Positions 37,262 to 47,007 of a stretch of DNA of 64,000 nucleotides are shown here, piece by piece. Source of the stretch: a virus (taxonomy: Duplodnaviria; Caudoviricetes); the IMG/VR virus record IMGVR_UViG_2636415425_000001, positions 32,001-96,000 of that record. One strand, 5' to 3'. Numbering within the stretch: position 1 is the first letter of the stretch; the number at the start of each line of letters is the position of its first letter. Position numbers and translations under genes: made by a program. The notes below the pieces were generated by a model that saw only the letters and a list, made by a program, of their open reading frames with translations, was not told where the DNA came from and did not search any database.

Positions 37262-38349
37262 GATAGCGCCTCCGCGCGCAGTCGCGCATTCCAGATGTCG
37301 AGATAGTCGGTCCGCATGCGTGGCTCCGGCTGGCTGTCGTGCAGCTTTCCGAGCGCCACCATGCGTTCATGAAGTTTGCGCACCGCGGCGCGGCCGGCGG
37401 GTTCGGCCAGCACCAGATCCCCGTCCTGGCGCCGCCACGGCTTGTCGCCGTCCGGGAAAGACGTGATCCGTTCAACCTCTATCGGCGGCTCGAGCCCGGC
37501 GACGCCGCTGGTGCTGAGGCCGGCCCAGACCGGGCGGCGATACTTGATCAGCGCGCGCGCGGCGAGACAGGTTTCGAGGCCCTCGCCCAGGCCGATGTGC
37601 GCGGCGACGCCGCCGATCCGCACGGCGCCGCCGGCAGCTGCCCCGGCACCGATCTTCGCCTTCTCGACTGGCGCCTTGGCGGCCTTCGCCGGGTCGAGAT
37701 GGACTTTCCAAATGGCGGTCAAGTCGCCGAAGACGTCGTCAACGCGTGCGACCAGCGTCGGGAACGAAAGGCGGGTGTCGAGGTCATAGGCCACACTGCG
37801 GTGGAAGCGGAGACAGTCATCCCAACCGTCTGGTGGCACTGGGATGCCGCGGGCCAGCAGATACGCCTCGGCGTGTGTGCCGGCGATCGGAATCCCTTCC
37901 GCCCAGATCTCAGCGGCCGTGCGCTGGCGCGCCTGCACATGCTCGGCGGCCCGCCGCTCATCCGCCGCGCGCTTCTCGGCAGCGTCGGCCTCGCGATCTT
38001 CTCGCCGCTTCCGCTCTTCCGGTGTCTCTTCGCGGGCGCGATCGAGCCCGACGAACTCGCGGGCCCGGTCGAACACCTCGGCATTGGCCCGGTGATTGCC
38101 CGTCAATCCGTAGGCGAACAGGTTGATCTCGTCGCCGCCGATGCTGGCCGAACTCCTGACCCAGGCGCCGCGGTCGTACTTGCCGATCTTGCCCAGATAG
38201 ACGACGAATGAACCGAGATCCTTCGGCGACGCCGGCGCGCAATAGGCCAGTTTGCCCTTGGTCACATGACCGGGCCAGAAATGCTTCAGCACCTGTTCGA
38301 GCATCTCGTTCAGGCGCTTCTTGATCTCGGCGGTGTCTTCTCGCGTCAC
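37258..38349 (-). CDS. Toprim-domain primase
   Basis: AEAYLLARGI, GGAVRI, GEGLETCLA, FPDGD; GTG start 38349. Confidence 0.8.
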   Translation of the reverse strand: MTREDTAEIKKRLNEMLEQVLKHFWPGHVTKGKLAYCAPASPKDLGSFVVYLGKIGKYDRGAWVRSSASIGGDEINLFAYGLTGNHRANAEVFDRAREFVGLDRAREETPEERKRREDREADAAEKRAADERRAAEHVQARQRTAAEIWAEGIPIAGTHAEAYLLARGIPVPPDGWDDCLRFHRSVAYDLDTRLSFPTLVARVDDVFGDLTAIWKVHLDPAKAAKAPVEKAKIGAGAAAGGAVRIGGVAAHIGLGEGLETCLAARALIKYRRPVWAGLSTSGVAGLEPPIEVERITSFPDGDKPWRRQDGDLVLAEPAGRAAVRKLHERMVALGKLHDSQPEPRMRTDYLDIWNARLRAEALS

Positions 38350-38555
38350 GGCCGCCTCGCATTGAAATTCAGGACGGCCTTGGAACCGTGCGCTTGGCGC
38401 GCCAGCGTGTCGTACTCGATCGCGGCGCCGATTGCGGTGGCGCAACGCTCGGAATAGATCACGGTCTCGCCGACGCGAAGCCGCGCGAAGTATGGCTTGG
38501 CACGCCAGGCGTCGTTGCTCTTCCTGACTCCGCGGAAACCGTTCTTGTTCTTCAC
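38346..38555 (-). CDS. AP2-domain DNA-binding protein
   Basis: GFRGV...YFARLR...AAIEYDTLARQAHGSKAVLNF. Confidence 0.75.
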   Translation of the reverse strand: MKNKNGFRGVRKSNDAWRAKPYFARLRVGETVIYSERCATAIGAAIEYDTLARQAHGSKAVLNFNARRP

Positions 38556-39235
38556 GCGAACATATCCTGCTGTTCCGGCTGAACGGTCCAAACGCCGTTA
38601 CACTGTACGGCGTCGAGACGCCTCGCCATGCGCTCGGGGTCAAGATTGAAATCCTTGAAATTGCGAGCGACGTTCACAGAGTCGACGGAGGCGAAGGGCC
38701 AGCGGTCGCCGGAGAGCGACATGCCGCGCAGCATGTGGATCCACGGCAGGTGTTGGTGGCGCTTTGCCAACTCGTTGAAGGCTTGATCGGCCCGGCGACA
38801 CCAGAGATCAGAACCAACCTGCCAATACTGGCTCGTTGAACCGAAGCAGATCCGCGGCCAAGCATCGGCGAGTTCCAACAACCAGTCGATTGGAAGCGCC
38901 ATGTGCCAGACCGGCGCACTCAGGGCACCGGGGTACGGCCAGTCCGCCAGTCCTGCGCGCTGCTCGTCGACGCTGCCATCAATTACGTCCGGCGGAATTG
39001 CCCAGTGCGGCGGTGCCAATCGCGGCTCGAGGAAGCGAATGTAGCCTGCGCGATCGAACTGCTTCTTCTGGGTGAAGGCACTGAAGGCACCGTTGTCGAA
39101 CATGACGGCCTGCCCGATCGTGAGGCAGGTGTCCGCGTCGCGCGCGTCGGAATACGGCACGCAGAAGCACTTGCCCGCCATCTTCAAGAGCTCAGCGCGC
39201 GGGGATAGCGGCGTGCCATGGTAGTGAATCGTCAC
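38552..39235 (-). CDS. TGT/DpdA-like TIM-barrel protein (putative base-exchange enzyme)
   Basis: FDNGAFS, PDVIDG, PVWH, ICFGS, IHMLRG, SVDS. Confidence 0.65.
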   Translation of the reverse strand: MTIHYHGTPLSPRAELLKMAGKCFCVPYSDARDADTCLTIGQAVMFDNGAFSAFTQKKQFDRAGYIRFLEPRLAPPHWAIPPDVIDGSVDEQRAGLADWPYPGALSAPVWHMALPIDWLLELADAWPRICFGSTSQYWQVGSDLWCRRADQAFNELAKRHQHLPWIHMLRGMSLSGDRWPFASVDSVNVARNFKDFNLDPERMARRLDAVQCNGVWTVQPEQQDMFA

Positions 39236-39585
39236 GCCGGCTCCTTCCGTCGCCGGCGCGGCGCGTCCTCGGCGCCGAATGCCGCCTTGATCGTCACATC
39301 CGCTTGGATGCGCTCCCAAAGCGCATTGCAGGCAGCCGCTGCTCTATCCCACGCGTTTCCGAACTTTTGGAGCTTCGGCGACCGAGCGATCGCGTTCTGC
39401 CGCCTCTCCCATCGGCGCTCAAACCACCGCGCGCGCTTGCGTAACTGCTTGTGGCGGTCGCGCATGGCTTGGTCGCCCATCCGCCAATGGCGGCCGCACA
39501 TTATCTTCACGCCTTCGGCATCGCCGGCCTCGCGCTTGAAGGTCCGCCCGCAGCCCGGGATGCAGCACCTGATGCGTTCCGTCAT
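39232..39585 (-). CDS. Zn-finger-like hypothetical protein
   Basis: CCIPGC...CGRHW. Confidence 0.65.
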   Translation of the reverse strand: MTERIRCCIPGCGRTFKREAGDAEGVKIMCGRHWRMGDQAMRDRHKQLRKRARWFERRWERRQNAIARSPKLQKFGNAWDRAAAACNALWERIQADVTIKAAFGAEDAPRRRRKEPA

Positions 39586-40391
39586 AGCAAGCTTTCCTGT
39601 TTCGGTTCGGGCGCGGCGACCGGCGACGGCGCCAGCGGGTCCGCCGGCTTCCAGTGATCGAAGTCCGCGGCGATCTCGTCATAGGCCCGCGGGTGCTGCG
39701 CCTTGAAATTCGGGAAGCCAGGCGCGCCCCGGTAGACACCGTTGTCCAGCCTCAGCCACCCGGCGGCGGACGGCAGCCAGCGGCGGTGATCGATGTTGAC
39801 GTGCTTGAAATCGGCGCGGACGAGGAAGCCGCGCTTCTCCAGAATGATTGCGATCTTGATGGCTGCAATCTTCCAGCTTGTCAGTTGGACCGGCGACGGC
39901 GCGCCGGCGTCGACATCAGGAACGTAATCCGGCAACGGGTGCCGCTTTGCCGGCGCCCACTCGTACCATTCCTTCTCGTTGATGCCGTGCCGATCACCCG
40001 GCAGGCTCGGCTCGAACACCTTGCTGGGACGGTTTGCATAGGCCGACGTCGGCTTCATTTCCGCTTCGGACCGGACATAGATGATGGTCAGACCGATGTA
40101 GCGGCAAATGCGGTCAAACCCGCCCTGAGAGTCGGCGGGCACCAGGACGGCCCGGCAGTCTGGTCCGGGATGATCGGCGTAGAAGGCCCCGTATTCCTCA
40201 AGCGCCTGGCTGATGACGTCGGTATTGAGCCGAAGCTTTGCCTCGACGCCGATCTGGAAGCCATCCGCATTGCGGACGAGCAGGATGTCCCACCCACACG
40301 TCTCCGGATAAGCGGTCCATCCCTCGGGCAATGAGGAGATGAACCGCTTGCACAACGCGACCTCGGTAGCGAATGGCTTCGTCTTTGCCAT
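39582..40391 (-). CDS. PD-(D/E)XK-like putative nuclease
   Basis: YPETCGWDIL...GVEAKL. Confidence 0.6.
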   Translation of the reverse strand: MAKTKPFATEVALCKRFISSLPEGWTAYPETCGWDILLVRNADGFQIGVEAKLRLNTDVISQALEEYGAFYADHPGPDCRAVLVPADSQGGFDRICRYIGLTIIYVRSEAEMKPTSAYANRPSKVFEPSLPGDRHGINEKEWYEWAPAKRHPLPDYVPDVDAGAPSPVQLTSWKIAAIKIAIILEKRGFLVRADFKHVNIDHRRWLPSAAGWLRLDNGVYRGAPGFPNFKAQHPRAYDEIAADFDHWKPADPLAPSPVAAPEPKQESLL

Positions 40392-40392
40392 G

Positions 40393-42576
40393 TCAGGCAC
40401 TCGCAGCGCGCTTGACGATGGCCGGTTCCGGTTTTGCTTTGGCCGCGGCATCCGCCATGATCGCGGCGACCTCGGCCTTCATCAGCGACACCGAGACTGC
40501 GTTGCCGATCTGCTTGATCTTCTGCGTCTTGGTGCCGGCGAATTCGTACTCGGCCTCGTCTTCGTTGAAGCCCATGGCCGCGGCGAGCTCGTGCGGCTCA
40601 AGCATCCGGAAGAGGATGTCGTACTGCGGCGTCGCCTCAACGAGGTTGACGTGGCCTGTGGCAGTGATCGCCGGGGTAGGTTCTGCGATATCGTGCACCC
40701 GCGGCGCCTGACCTTCCCGCTCGCCGAACTGCGCCGCGATGAATGCGAGCTCGCCGCGCGCGGCCGTCGTTACCGTCGGGATCGGTTCGCCGAGATCGCG
40801 GACGCGGTCGCTGTGGTCGTGATGGGTGACCGGCATAACCATGGCGAACTCGCCGCCCTTCGCCGTGGTCAGCGTAGGGAGCGGATCGGCGACGTCGCGG
40901 GCCGCGTTGCCGCCCTGGGTGTGGGTGACCGGCACCACCATGCCGAACCGCCCCTTCGACGTGACGGTGTCCAACGGCTCCTCGGCGCTCTTGCAAGTCT
41001 CGCCAGATCCCGAGCCGTAATACGGCGAGATCAGTACGTGGCTTTGCTTCGCGACCTGGGTTGGTGTGGGCTCTTCGACTGACCGCGGCGCCCCGCCGGC
41101 ATGGCGAGACAGGACAAACGGCTCGACCAGGTATCCGCCGCCGTCGCAGTTCGCGGTCGGCGCCGGATCGCCTATCGAGTGCGCCCGGGTCTCGGCGAAG
41201 CCGTCGCCATGACGATTAAGGATGAACGGCTCAACCGCGCTACCGTTGATCTCGGCCATCATCTGATCGAACGAGATAACGGGAGAAACCAGCATCGGCC
41301 GCGCGCAGCCCGGGTCATCAGATCCGGCGCCGCCGGTGGTGATCGTCGGCAGCGGATCGTCCGCGGGCCGCGCCGCGCCGCTTCCGGTGCTGAGAACGAG
41401 CGGCTCAGCCAACCAGACTCCACCCTTGGTGTCCAAAGTCGGCGCCGGTTCGGACGAAACGCCCTTCGCCTTGTTGTTCTTCCGCCCATTGATGATGACC
41501 GGTTCGACAAAGAACTGGCCGCCGCCGGTCGTGGTGGTGATCCCGCCGACGGGCTCGTCGACACTCTTGGCGGTGTTGTTTGTCCGGTTCCCGCAGACGA
41601 TGGGCTCCGCGAGCCCAATGCGAGCCTGCGTCATCACCGTCGGTGCCGGGTCGTCTACGGTCTGCGCGTCCCGCCTGAAGTTCTGCTTCAGCAGGATCGG
41701 CTCGGCCAGCGCCATGTGGAGACCGTTTGCAGCAACGGTCGGCAGCGGCCGGTCGAGGCTCTGCCCGTCCATGTGGTTGCGGAGAACGACGAGGAACGGC
41801 TCCGGCCAGTTGAACTTGACCGCGCCGGCATAGATCCGGGCCAACGTCTTCGGCGCCAAGGGCTTCGAGCGGTTGAAGATCGACCGGCCCTTGAGCGACC
41901 AGTCGATGATCTCGCGTGCCGGCTTCCACGGCTTCATGCCCGGGAACAGCAACGTGTCGTCGGCTCGCTTGGCGTGGGTCAGCGGGGCCCAAGCAACGAT
42001 CTTGCGGTCGTTGCGCGCCTTCAAGATGAAGCGCTGCCGAGTCGTGGCGTCGCCGTAGTTCGCGGCGTTGAGCTTCCGCCATTCCGGTTCGAAGCCGAGC
42101 CGGCGGATCGTGTCGATCCAGAGGGCGAAATACTCGCCCTTGCGGCTCTTGATCGGCTTGCCGGTCCGCGGATCGACCGGGCCCCATCCCACGAATTCCC
42201 AGACGTTCTCGATGATCAACCGCTTGACGCGCAGTTCGGTCAGCCAGGTGATGATGTGCCAAGGGTCGGAGCGCTGCTGGTCCGAGGTCGGCTTGCCCCC
42301 GCGTGCGACGGAGTGATGGGTGCACGTCGGCGACGCCATCAACAGGTCGAGGTAGCCTTCCGGAACGATGATGTGCGGCCGGACGGCGGCGATGTCTTCG
42401 CAGTAATGGCGGGCGAGCGGATGGTTCTTCTTGTGCGTCTCGATCGCGATGCCCCAATGATTGACGCAGACCAATTCCATCTCGAGCCCGAGCTCGGCGA
42501 GAGCCCGCGCGCAGCCGGTGGACGAGCCACCGGCGCCGCAGAGAAGGTCAGCAACGAGGATCTTGCGACGGCTCAA
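40393..42576 (-). CDS. C5-cytosine DNA methyltransferase with tandem TRD-like repeats
   Basis: DLLCGAGG, SPTC, ENV, TTRQRF, QIGNAV. Confidence 0.92.
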   Translation of the reverse strand: MSRRKILVADLLCGAGGSSTGCARALAELGLEMELVCVNHWGIAIETHKKNHPLARHYCEDIAAVRPHIIVPEGYLDLLMASPTCTHHSVARGGKPTSDQQRSDPWHIITWLTELRVKRLIIENVWEFVGWGPVDPRTGKPIKSRKGEYFALWIDTIRRLGFEPEWRKLNAANYGDATTRQRFILKARNDRKIVAWAPLTHAKRADDTLLFPGMKPWKPAREIIDWSLKGRSIFNRSKPLAPKTLARIYAGAVKFNWPEPFLVVLRNHMDGQSLDRPLPTVAANGLHMALAEPILLKQNFRRDAQTVDDPAPTVMTQARIGLAEPIVCGNRTNNTAKSVDEPVGGITTTTGGGQFFVEPVIINGRKNNKAKGVSSEPAPTLDTKGGVWLAEPLVLSTGSGAARPADDPLPTITTGGAGSDDPGCARPMLVSPVISFDQMMAEINGSAVEPFILNRHGDGFAETRAHSIGDPAPTANCDGGGYLVEPFVLSRHAGGAPRSVEEPTPTQVAKQSHVLISPYYGSGSGETCKSAEEPLDTVTSKGRFGMVVPVTHTQGGNAARDVADPLPTLTTAKGGEFAMVMPVTHHDHSDRVRDLGEPIPTVTTAARGELAFIAAQFGEREGQAPRVHDIAEPTPAITATGHVNLVEATPQYDILFRMLEPHELAAAMGFNEDEAEYEFAGTKTQKIKQIGNAVSVSLMKAEVAAIMADAAAKAKPEPAIVKRAASA

Positions 42577-42800
42577 CTCAGCGCCTCCAAGATATCCCGG
42601 ACCAGCGTCGGCACCGCGACCGCCACCGAATTGGGCGGCGCGCCGGGCACGTAAGGACCGCCCTTGTCTCCGACCTGTCGGACGGAGATCAGTCCGATAT
42701 GCTGAACACCCTCGATATTGAGCGCCGGCACGCCGTGGCTTTTAAAGATGCGCAAGAGCTCGGCTTCCAGCTTGCGCTCATCGTGCTTGATGACGGTCAT
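42573..42800 (-). CDS. Hypothetical protein
   Basis: 75 aa, in operon. Confidence 0.55.
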   Translation of the reverse strand: MTVIKHDERKLEAELLRIFKSHGVPALNIEGVQHIGLISVRQVGDKGGPYVPGAPPNSVAVAVPTLVRDILEALS

Positions 42801-42803
42801 CGG

Positions 42804-43916
42804 CTACACTCTCATCGGCATGAGGACGTAGAGGATCGACTCATCGCTACCGCGCAGCAGCGCTGGCGAGCCCGGGTCGCCGAGATCCAGCCTGACTGTT
42901 TCGCCCTGGATCTGCATGAAGATGTCGTGCAGGTACCGGCTGTTGAAACCGATATCCATCGCATCGCCGGCGTACTCGGCTTCCAGTTCGTCCGTCGCGG
43001 AGCCGGCGTCCGGGTTCGAGCAGCTCAGCGTGATCTTACCGGCGCCGAGCGTCATCTTCACGGCGCGGCCCTTCTCGCTGGAAATCGTCGCGACGCGATC
43101 AGTGGCGGCGAGCATGTCCTTGCAGACAACCGCGATCTTCTTCTCGTTGTTCTGCGGGATGACGCGGCCGTAGTCCGGAAACGTGCCGTCGATCAGCTTC
43201 GAGGTCAGCACCATGTCGCCGGCCGAGAAGCGGATCTTGCTGCCGGAGGCCTCGACAAGGATTTCGTTATCGCCGGCGTCGAAGAGACGCGTGATCTCGG
43301 CGACCGTTTTCCGGGGCACAATGATCCCCTTCAAGTCGGCGGCGCCCTCCGGCAGCGGGTATTCGACCTGGGCCAGGCGATGCCCGTCCGTGGCGACGGC
43401 GCGCAGCGTGGCGACGTTCCCCTGCTTCACGGCATGCAAATAAATGCCGTTGAGGTAATAGCGGGTCTCCTCGGTCGAGATGGCGAAGGCAGCCCGATCG
43501 ACCAGCCGCCGCAGATCCTTTCCGGTCACGGTGAAGCTGACATTGAGGTCGTCGACCGAGAGGTTCGGGTAGTCGCTGACGGGCAACGTCTGAAGCGTGA
43601 ACCGCGAACGCCCCGACTTGACGACGGCGGTGGAGTCGCCGGTCTGCTCCAGCGTCACCTGCGAACCGGCGGGCATCTTCCGGACGATCTCGTGGAAGAG
43701 CCGGGCCGGCACGGTTGTCGACCCCTTCTCGGCCACCTCGGCCCTGATCGAGTCGACCACCTCGAGGTCGAGGTCGGTGGCCCTGATCGTCAGCTTGTCC
43801 TGGCTGATGTCGACCAGGACGTTGCTCAGGATCGGGATCGTGTTGCGCTGCTCCACCGCACGCGAGATGCGGCCGAGCAGTTTCGCCAGCGCGGCCTGTT
43901 CCATTACGGCTTTCAA
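42804..43916 (-). CDS. dnaN: DNA polymerase III beta sliding clamp
   Basis: RNTIPILSNV, ATDLDLE, EETRYYLNG, ATDGHRLA, GTFPDY, YVLMPMRV. Confidence 0.97.
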   Translation of the reverse strand: MKAVMEQAALAKLLGRISRAVEQRNTIPILSNVLVDISQDKLTIRATDLDLEVVDSIRAEVAEKGSTTVPARLFHEIVRKMPAGSQVTLEQTGDSTAVVKSGRSRFTLQTLPVSDYPNLSVDDLNVSFTVTGKDLRRLVDRAAFAISTEETRYYLNGIYLHAVKQGNVATLRAVATDGHRLAQVEYPLPEGAADLKGIIVPRKTVAEITRLFDAGDNEILVEASGSKIRFSAGDMVLTSKLIDGTFPDYGRVIPQNNEKKIAVVCKDMLAATDRVATISSEKGRAVKMTLGAGKITLSCSNPDAGSATDELEAEYAGDAMDIGFNSRYLHDIFMQIQGETVRLDLGDPGSPALLRGSDESILYVLMPMRV

Positions 43917-44485
43917 AACGGGGTCTCCTTTCGGGTTGGGGTAAGCGTCGGTTCAAAGAGATCGCCGCGCGGCGCTGCGAAGCGCGGATCCAGATGGCCA
44001 CGGAGCCACCAGGCCACGCCGAGGCTCTCGGCGGCGTCGAGGGAAGTGATGTTTCGGTCGATCAGTTGGGCGTAACCGAGCGACGTTTCCTTGGTGGCGC
44101 GCCCGTTGCCGGTGAACGCCTTTCGCCACGTCCCCTGATTGACGTAGATGAACGGGACGTCATGGGCGGCAAAGACTTCTTCGGCGATCGCGCACAGCCC
44201 GTAGATCCGCTGAAACGTCTTCATCGGCGGGCGCGTCGTCGCAGGCTCCGGGTTTTCCTCGGTTGGCTTCCCCTTGAGCTCAATGTCGGTACGAAGCGGC
44301 TCTTCGGCGGCGCCGTGCCTGACCTGGTTGTCCTTGACAATCTGGAACAGCGTCTTCCGGAAATGCCGAAAGACTTGTCCCGAGTTCTTGCCCTCCCAAT
44401 GGAAGGCCCGGGCCCAGACATAGCGATCGCCGTCGAGCAGCGTGATGCCCGTTGTCGTCGCGATATCTAAGCCCAGGATCTTCAT
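43913..44485 (-). CDS. RuvC-like Holliday junction resolvase
   Basis: ILGLDIATTTG, AAEEP, WRKAFTGNGRATK, DAAESLGV. Confidence 0.8.
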   Translation of the reverse strand: MKILGLDIATTTGITLLDGDRYVWARAFHWEGKNSGQVFRHFRKTLFQIVKDNQVRHGAAEEPLRTDIELKGKPTEENPEPATTRPPMKTFQRIYGLCAIAEEVFAAHDVPFIYVNQGTWRKAFTGNGRATKETSLGYAQLIDRNITSLDAAESLGVAWWLRGHLDPRFAAPRGDLFEPTLTPTRKETPF

Positions 44486-44490
44486 CGCGA

Positions 44491-44721
44491 TCAGGCGACC
44501 TGGATCGCGGTTTCGTCGAACCAGCTTTCGGTCTGCCTGCCGTCGCCGGCGCGATAGCGGACCAGATAGCTATTGACGTGATCCTGATACTCAGCGCGGC
44601 CGATCACCGTGCCTTTCTCGTTGCTCTCGATCATGCTGACGATCGTTTTCAGTTCGTACAGGAACGGCTTGCTCTTCACGGCTTCTCTCCATGGTTTCCG
44701 GCGGCGGTTGCTGCCGGTCAT
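44491..44721 (-). CDS. Small SH3-like hypothetical protein
   Basis: GTVIGRAEY..NSYLVRYRAGDGRQTESWFDE; start uncertain. Confidence 0.6.
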   Translation of the reverse strand: MTGSNRRRKPWREAVKSKPFLYELKTIVSMIESNEKGTVIGRAEYQDHVNSYLVRYRAGDGRQTESWFDETAIQVA

Positions 44722-44730
44722 CTCGAACGG

Positions 44731-45303
44731 TCAGGCCTCGTCGCCGTCGTCGCCTTTCGGCTGCTCGCCGCCTTCGGGCGTCGGCTGCGGCATGGCCATG
44801 ATGGCGTCGCGCTCCGAACGGGCCTGACGGAATGCCGACAGCCATGCCTGCCCCTTGATCGAGCCGACTTCGTACGGGTTGTCGGATTCCTTGGAGCCGG
44901 GCTCGGTATCGAGACGGAAGCCGGCGGCGCGACCCTCGCGCTTGGCGCGCTCGTCTTCCGGTGTCGGCCCCTGTCCGCGCATGCCGAAGAGCTCGTACTG
45001 GCGCGGGCTCAACGTCTTGCCGAGCAAGCCGAGATAAATGCCGGCTTTCTCAATCTCGGCGCAGTAGGCGTCGATTACTTCGTCGCCGCCCTCCAGCAGC
45101 CTGATCGCGAGCTTGGCGGCGTCATTGTTCATGCCCTGCTGCGAGGTGATCGCGAAAACGCCCCGGAGCCGGTTTTTGACGGAATTGTTGGACTCGTTGG
45201 CGACCTTCGCTTCGGCTTGAGCGGCCCGGATACGTGAGAGGTTGTAGGCATCGAGCGCGCTCTGTGTCGGCTCATTTGGTCTGTCGGCGGCAGGCGTTGT
45301 CAT
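44731..45303 (-). CDS. Hypothetical protein (GapR-like N-terminus, Rmf/CrpP-like C-terminus?)
   Basis: Helical N-terminus; EGRAAG...NPYEVGS...AWL; SD GGAG before ATG 45303. Confidence 0.5.
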   Translation of the reverse strand: MTTPAADRPNEPTQSALDAYNLSRIRAAQAEAKVANESNNSVKNRLRGVFAITSQQGMNNDAAKLAIRLLEGGDEVIDAYCAEIEKAGIYLGLLGKTLSPRQYELFGMRGQGPTPEDERAKREGRAAGFRLDTEPGSKESDNPYEVGSIKGQAWLSAFRQARSERDAIMAMPQPTPEGGEQPKGDDGDEA

Positions 45304-45320
45304 ATGTTTCTCCAGGTTGA

Positions 45321-46202
45321 TCAGTGGGTGATGAACGCGATCGGACGTTTCGATTGCCAGCAGAGGCCGCACGTCGCGCATGCCTCGGTGCGCCCGAGTT
45401 GTTGGGGGCAGACAATCGCTTCAGCCGGCGCCTGCAGCGGGGTCTCGATCGAGACGGTCGAGCACTCGTCAATCGGGGCGTCGGAGAATCGGATGGCGAA
45501 GCGGTCCCAGTTCGCCAGCACCAGGCGCACCAGCGCCGCGGCGATCGGATCTCGCTTCGCGTCCCAGCGAGCCGTGAATCCGTAGACATGCAGCTGCGGC
45601 ACCTCGGCCAGCAGCCGCTGCCAGAGAGCGACGTAGGGGACCGAATAAAAATCGCCCAGCACGTGCAGGCGCACCACGAAGCCGCGGCGATGCTTGCGGC
45701 CGAGCGAGCGGACTTCCTGCTCCAGCCGGGCCTCCAGCGCCGCCCCTCGGTCGAGCCGGTGCGCGTGCTGCATCGAGTTGCCGTAGCAGGAGCGCCAATG
45801 CCGGCACCAGGTCGGGCATGTCGCGCGCTCCTCGAGCGTCAGGGTGTAGATCGGGAAGCCTTTCCAGCGTCCCTTGGTGACGGCCTTCCCAATCTTCGAA
45901 CTGTTGAACCCGCTCTTGAGAACGTCGTGGCCGTAGGAACTCGGATCGACCACGGTCGAGCGGTAGACCGTCCGGCCTTCCACGATCGCAGGGTTATCAA
46001 ACGCGGGGATCTTGGCCGGCCGGCCGGCCAGCGGGAGCGCCGACTGCCGCGAATGGCTATTCGGCTTGACGCCGACCTTTCCTTTGATGATGAGACGGAG
46101 ATACGCGGGCGATCCGCCGACGCGCGCCTTGATCTGGGGGACGGTCAGGTTCGCGGCATGAAGCGCCCTCACCTGGTCGTGGTCGATGGTGCGTTCTCTC
46201 AT
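45321..46202 (-). CDS. Gp88-like Cys-rich (radical-SAM-like) protein with N-terminal HTH
   Basis: NSSKIG, TCPTWCRHWRSCY, RLHVLGDF, CPQQ..CATCGLCW. Confidence 0.65.
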   Translation of the reverse strand: MRERTIDHDQVRALHAANLTVPQIKARVGGSPAYLRLIIKGKVGVKPNSHSRQSALPLAGRPAKIPAFDNPAIVEGRTVYRSTVVDPSSYGHDVLKSGFNSSKIGKAVTKGRWKGFPIYTLTLEERATCPTWCRHWRSCYGNSMQHAHRLDRGAALEARLEQEVRSLGRKHRRGFVVRLHVLGDFYSVPYVALWQRLLAEVPQLHVYGFTARWDAKRDPIAAALVRLVLANWDRFAIRFSDAPIDECSTVSIETPLQAPAEAIVCPQQLGRTEACATCGLCWQSKRPIAFITH

Positions 46203-46387
46203 GCCCCACCTTCAATGATGAGGACACGAACCGGCGACGTCTCGCGGCGCCATTCCGAGCGGCCGTCGATGGCGATCCAGCGGCGCTCAAGCCGAACGCC
46301 GAAAAGTCGCGGCGCCAGCCGATATTCGGCCGTCGGCGCCCATCCGCGATTATCCCAATCCGGCGGTGGCGGCAGATACACCTTCAT
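46199..46387 (-). CDS. Small hypothetical protein
   Basis: 62 aa; ATGA-coupled at both ends. Confidence 0.55.
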   Translation of the reverse strand: MKVYLPPPPDWDNRGWAPTAEYRLAPRLFGVRLERRWIAIDGRSEWRRETSPVRVLIIEGGA

Positions 46388-47007
46388 GCCGGCACCTCGA
46401 TCGCGTCGAAAAGCGGGGTCGCCGAGGCCTGCTTCTCCGTCTTGCGGCGTGGCGGCACCCTGGCGCCGACTTCGATGGTGCCAACCTCGTCCCCCCAGTG
46501 CGTGAAGCCCTCATGGTTCTCGCGGGAGAACAGACACAGCCTCTCCAGGCCGGGCGTCTTTTCCCGGAGATGCTCGTACCATTCGACCGGCTTCTGACTG
46601 TGTCCCCGAGCTTTGCCCTTGATCTCGCCGTAGAGCGCGTCGTGGATCTGGTGCTCATCACCGAACACGCCGAGCAAGACCGACTCGTGCATGCCGCGCG
46701 ACCGATACCCGGTGCCCATGCGCCCCTTCGGCCATACCAGTTCCGTCTTGAAGCGCGCGCCCCACTGCTCCAGGAGCCACATCGACTTATTCAGCGTCGG
46801 CGGGCCTGCCCAAAGCGTGATGATGCCGTTGCCGCGGACGAGGTGACCGACAGGCAGATTGGCGAGATCCTCCCAGGACATGATCTTGTATTGGGCGGAC
46901 GCGGATTTCTTGTTGCCGCTCTCCGACCGCAGCTTGAACTCGGTCGGCGGATCGATGTCGACGACATCGAAACCAAACATCGGCAGCGGCTCGAAGAACC
47001 AGCTCAC
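46384..47007 (-). CDS. MT-A70 family adenine methyltransferase (DPPT variant)
   Basis: DIDPPT, QYKIMS, WGARFKT, GTGY, HSQKP, CLFSRE. Confidence 0.8.
   Translation of the reverse strand: MSWFFEPLPMFGFDVVDIDPPTEFKLRSESGNKKSASAQYKIMSWEDLANLPVGHLVRGNGIITLWAGPPTLNKSMWLLEQWGARFKTELVWPKGRMGTGYRSRGMHESVLLGVFGDEHQIHDALYGEIKGKARGHSQKPVEWYEHLREKTPGLERLCLFSRENHEGFTHWGDEVGTIEVGARVPPRRKTEKQASATPLFDAIEVPA

Noticed and set aside
42804-43916. dnaN as evidence of host chromosome in the window
   Set aside because: It is translationally coupled within a phage operon and lacks dnaA/recF/gyrB neighbours.
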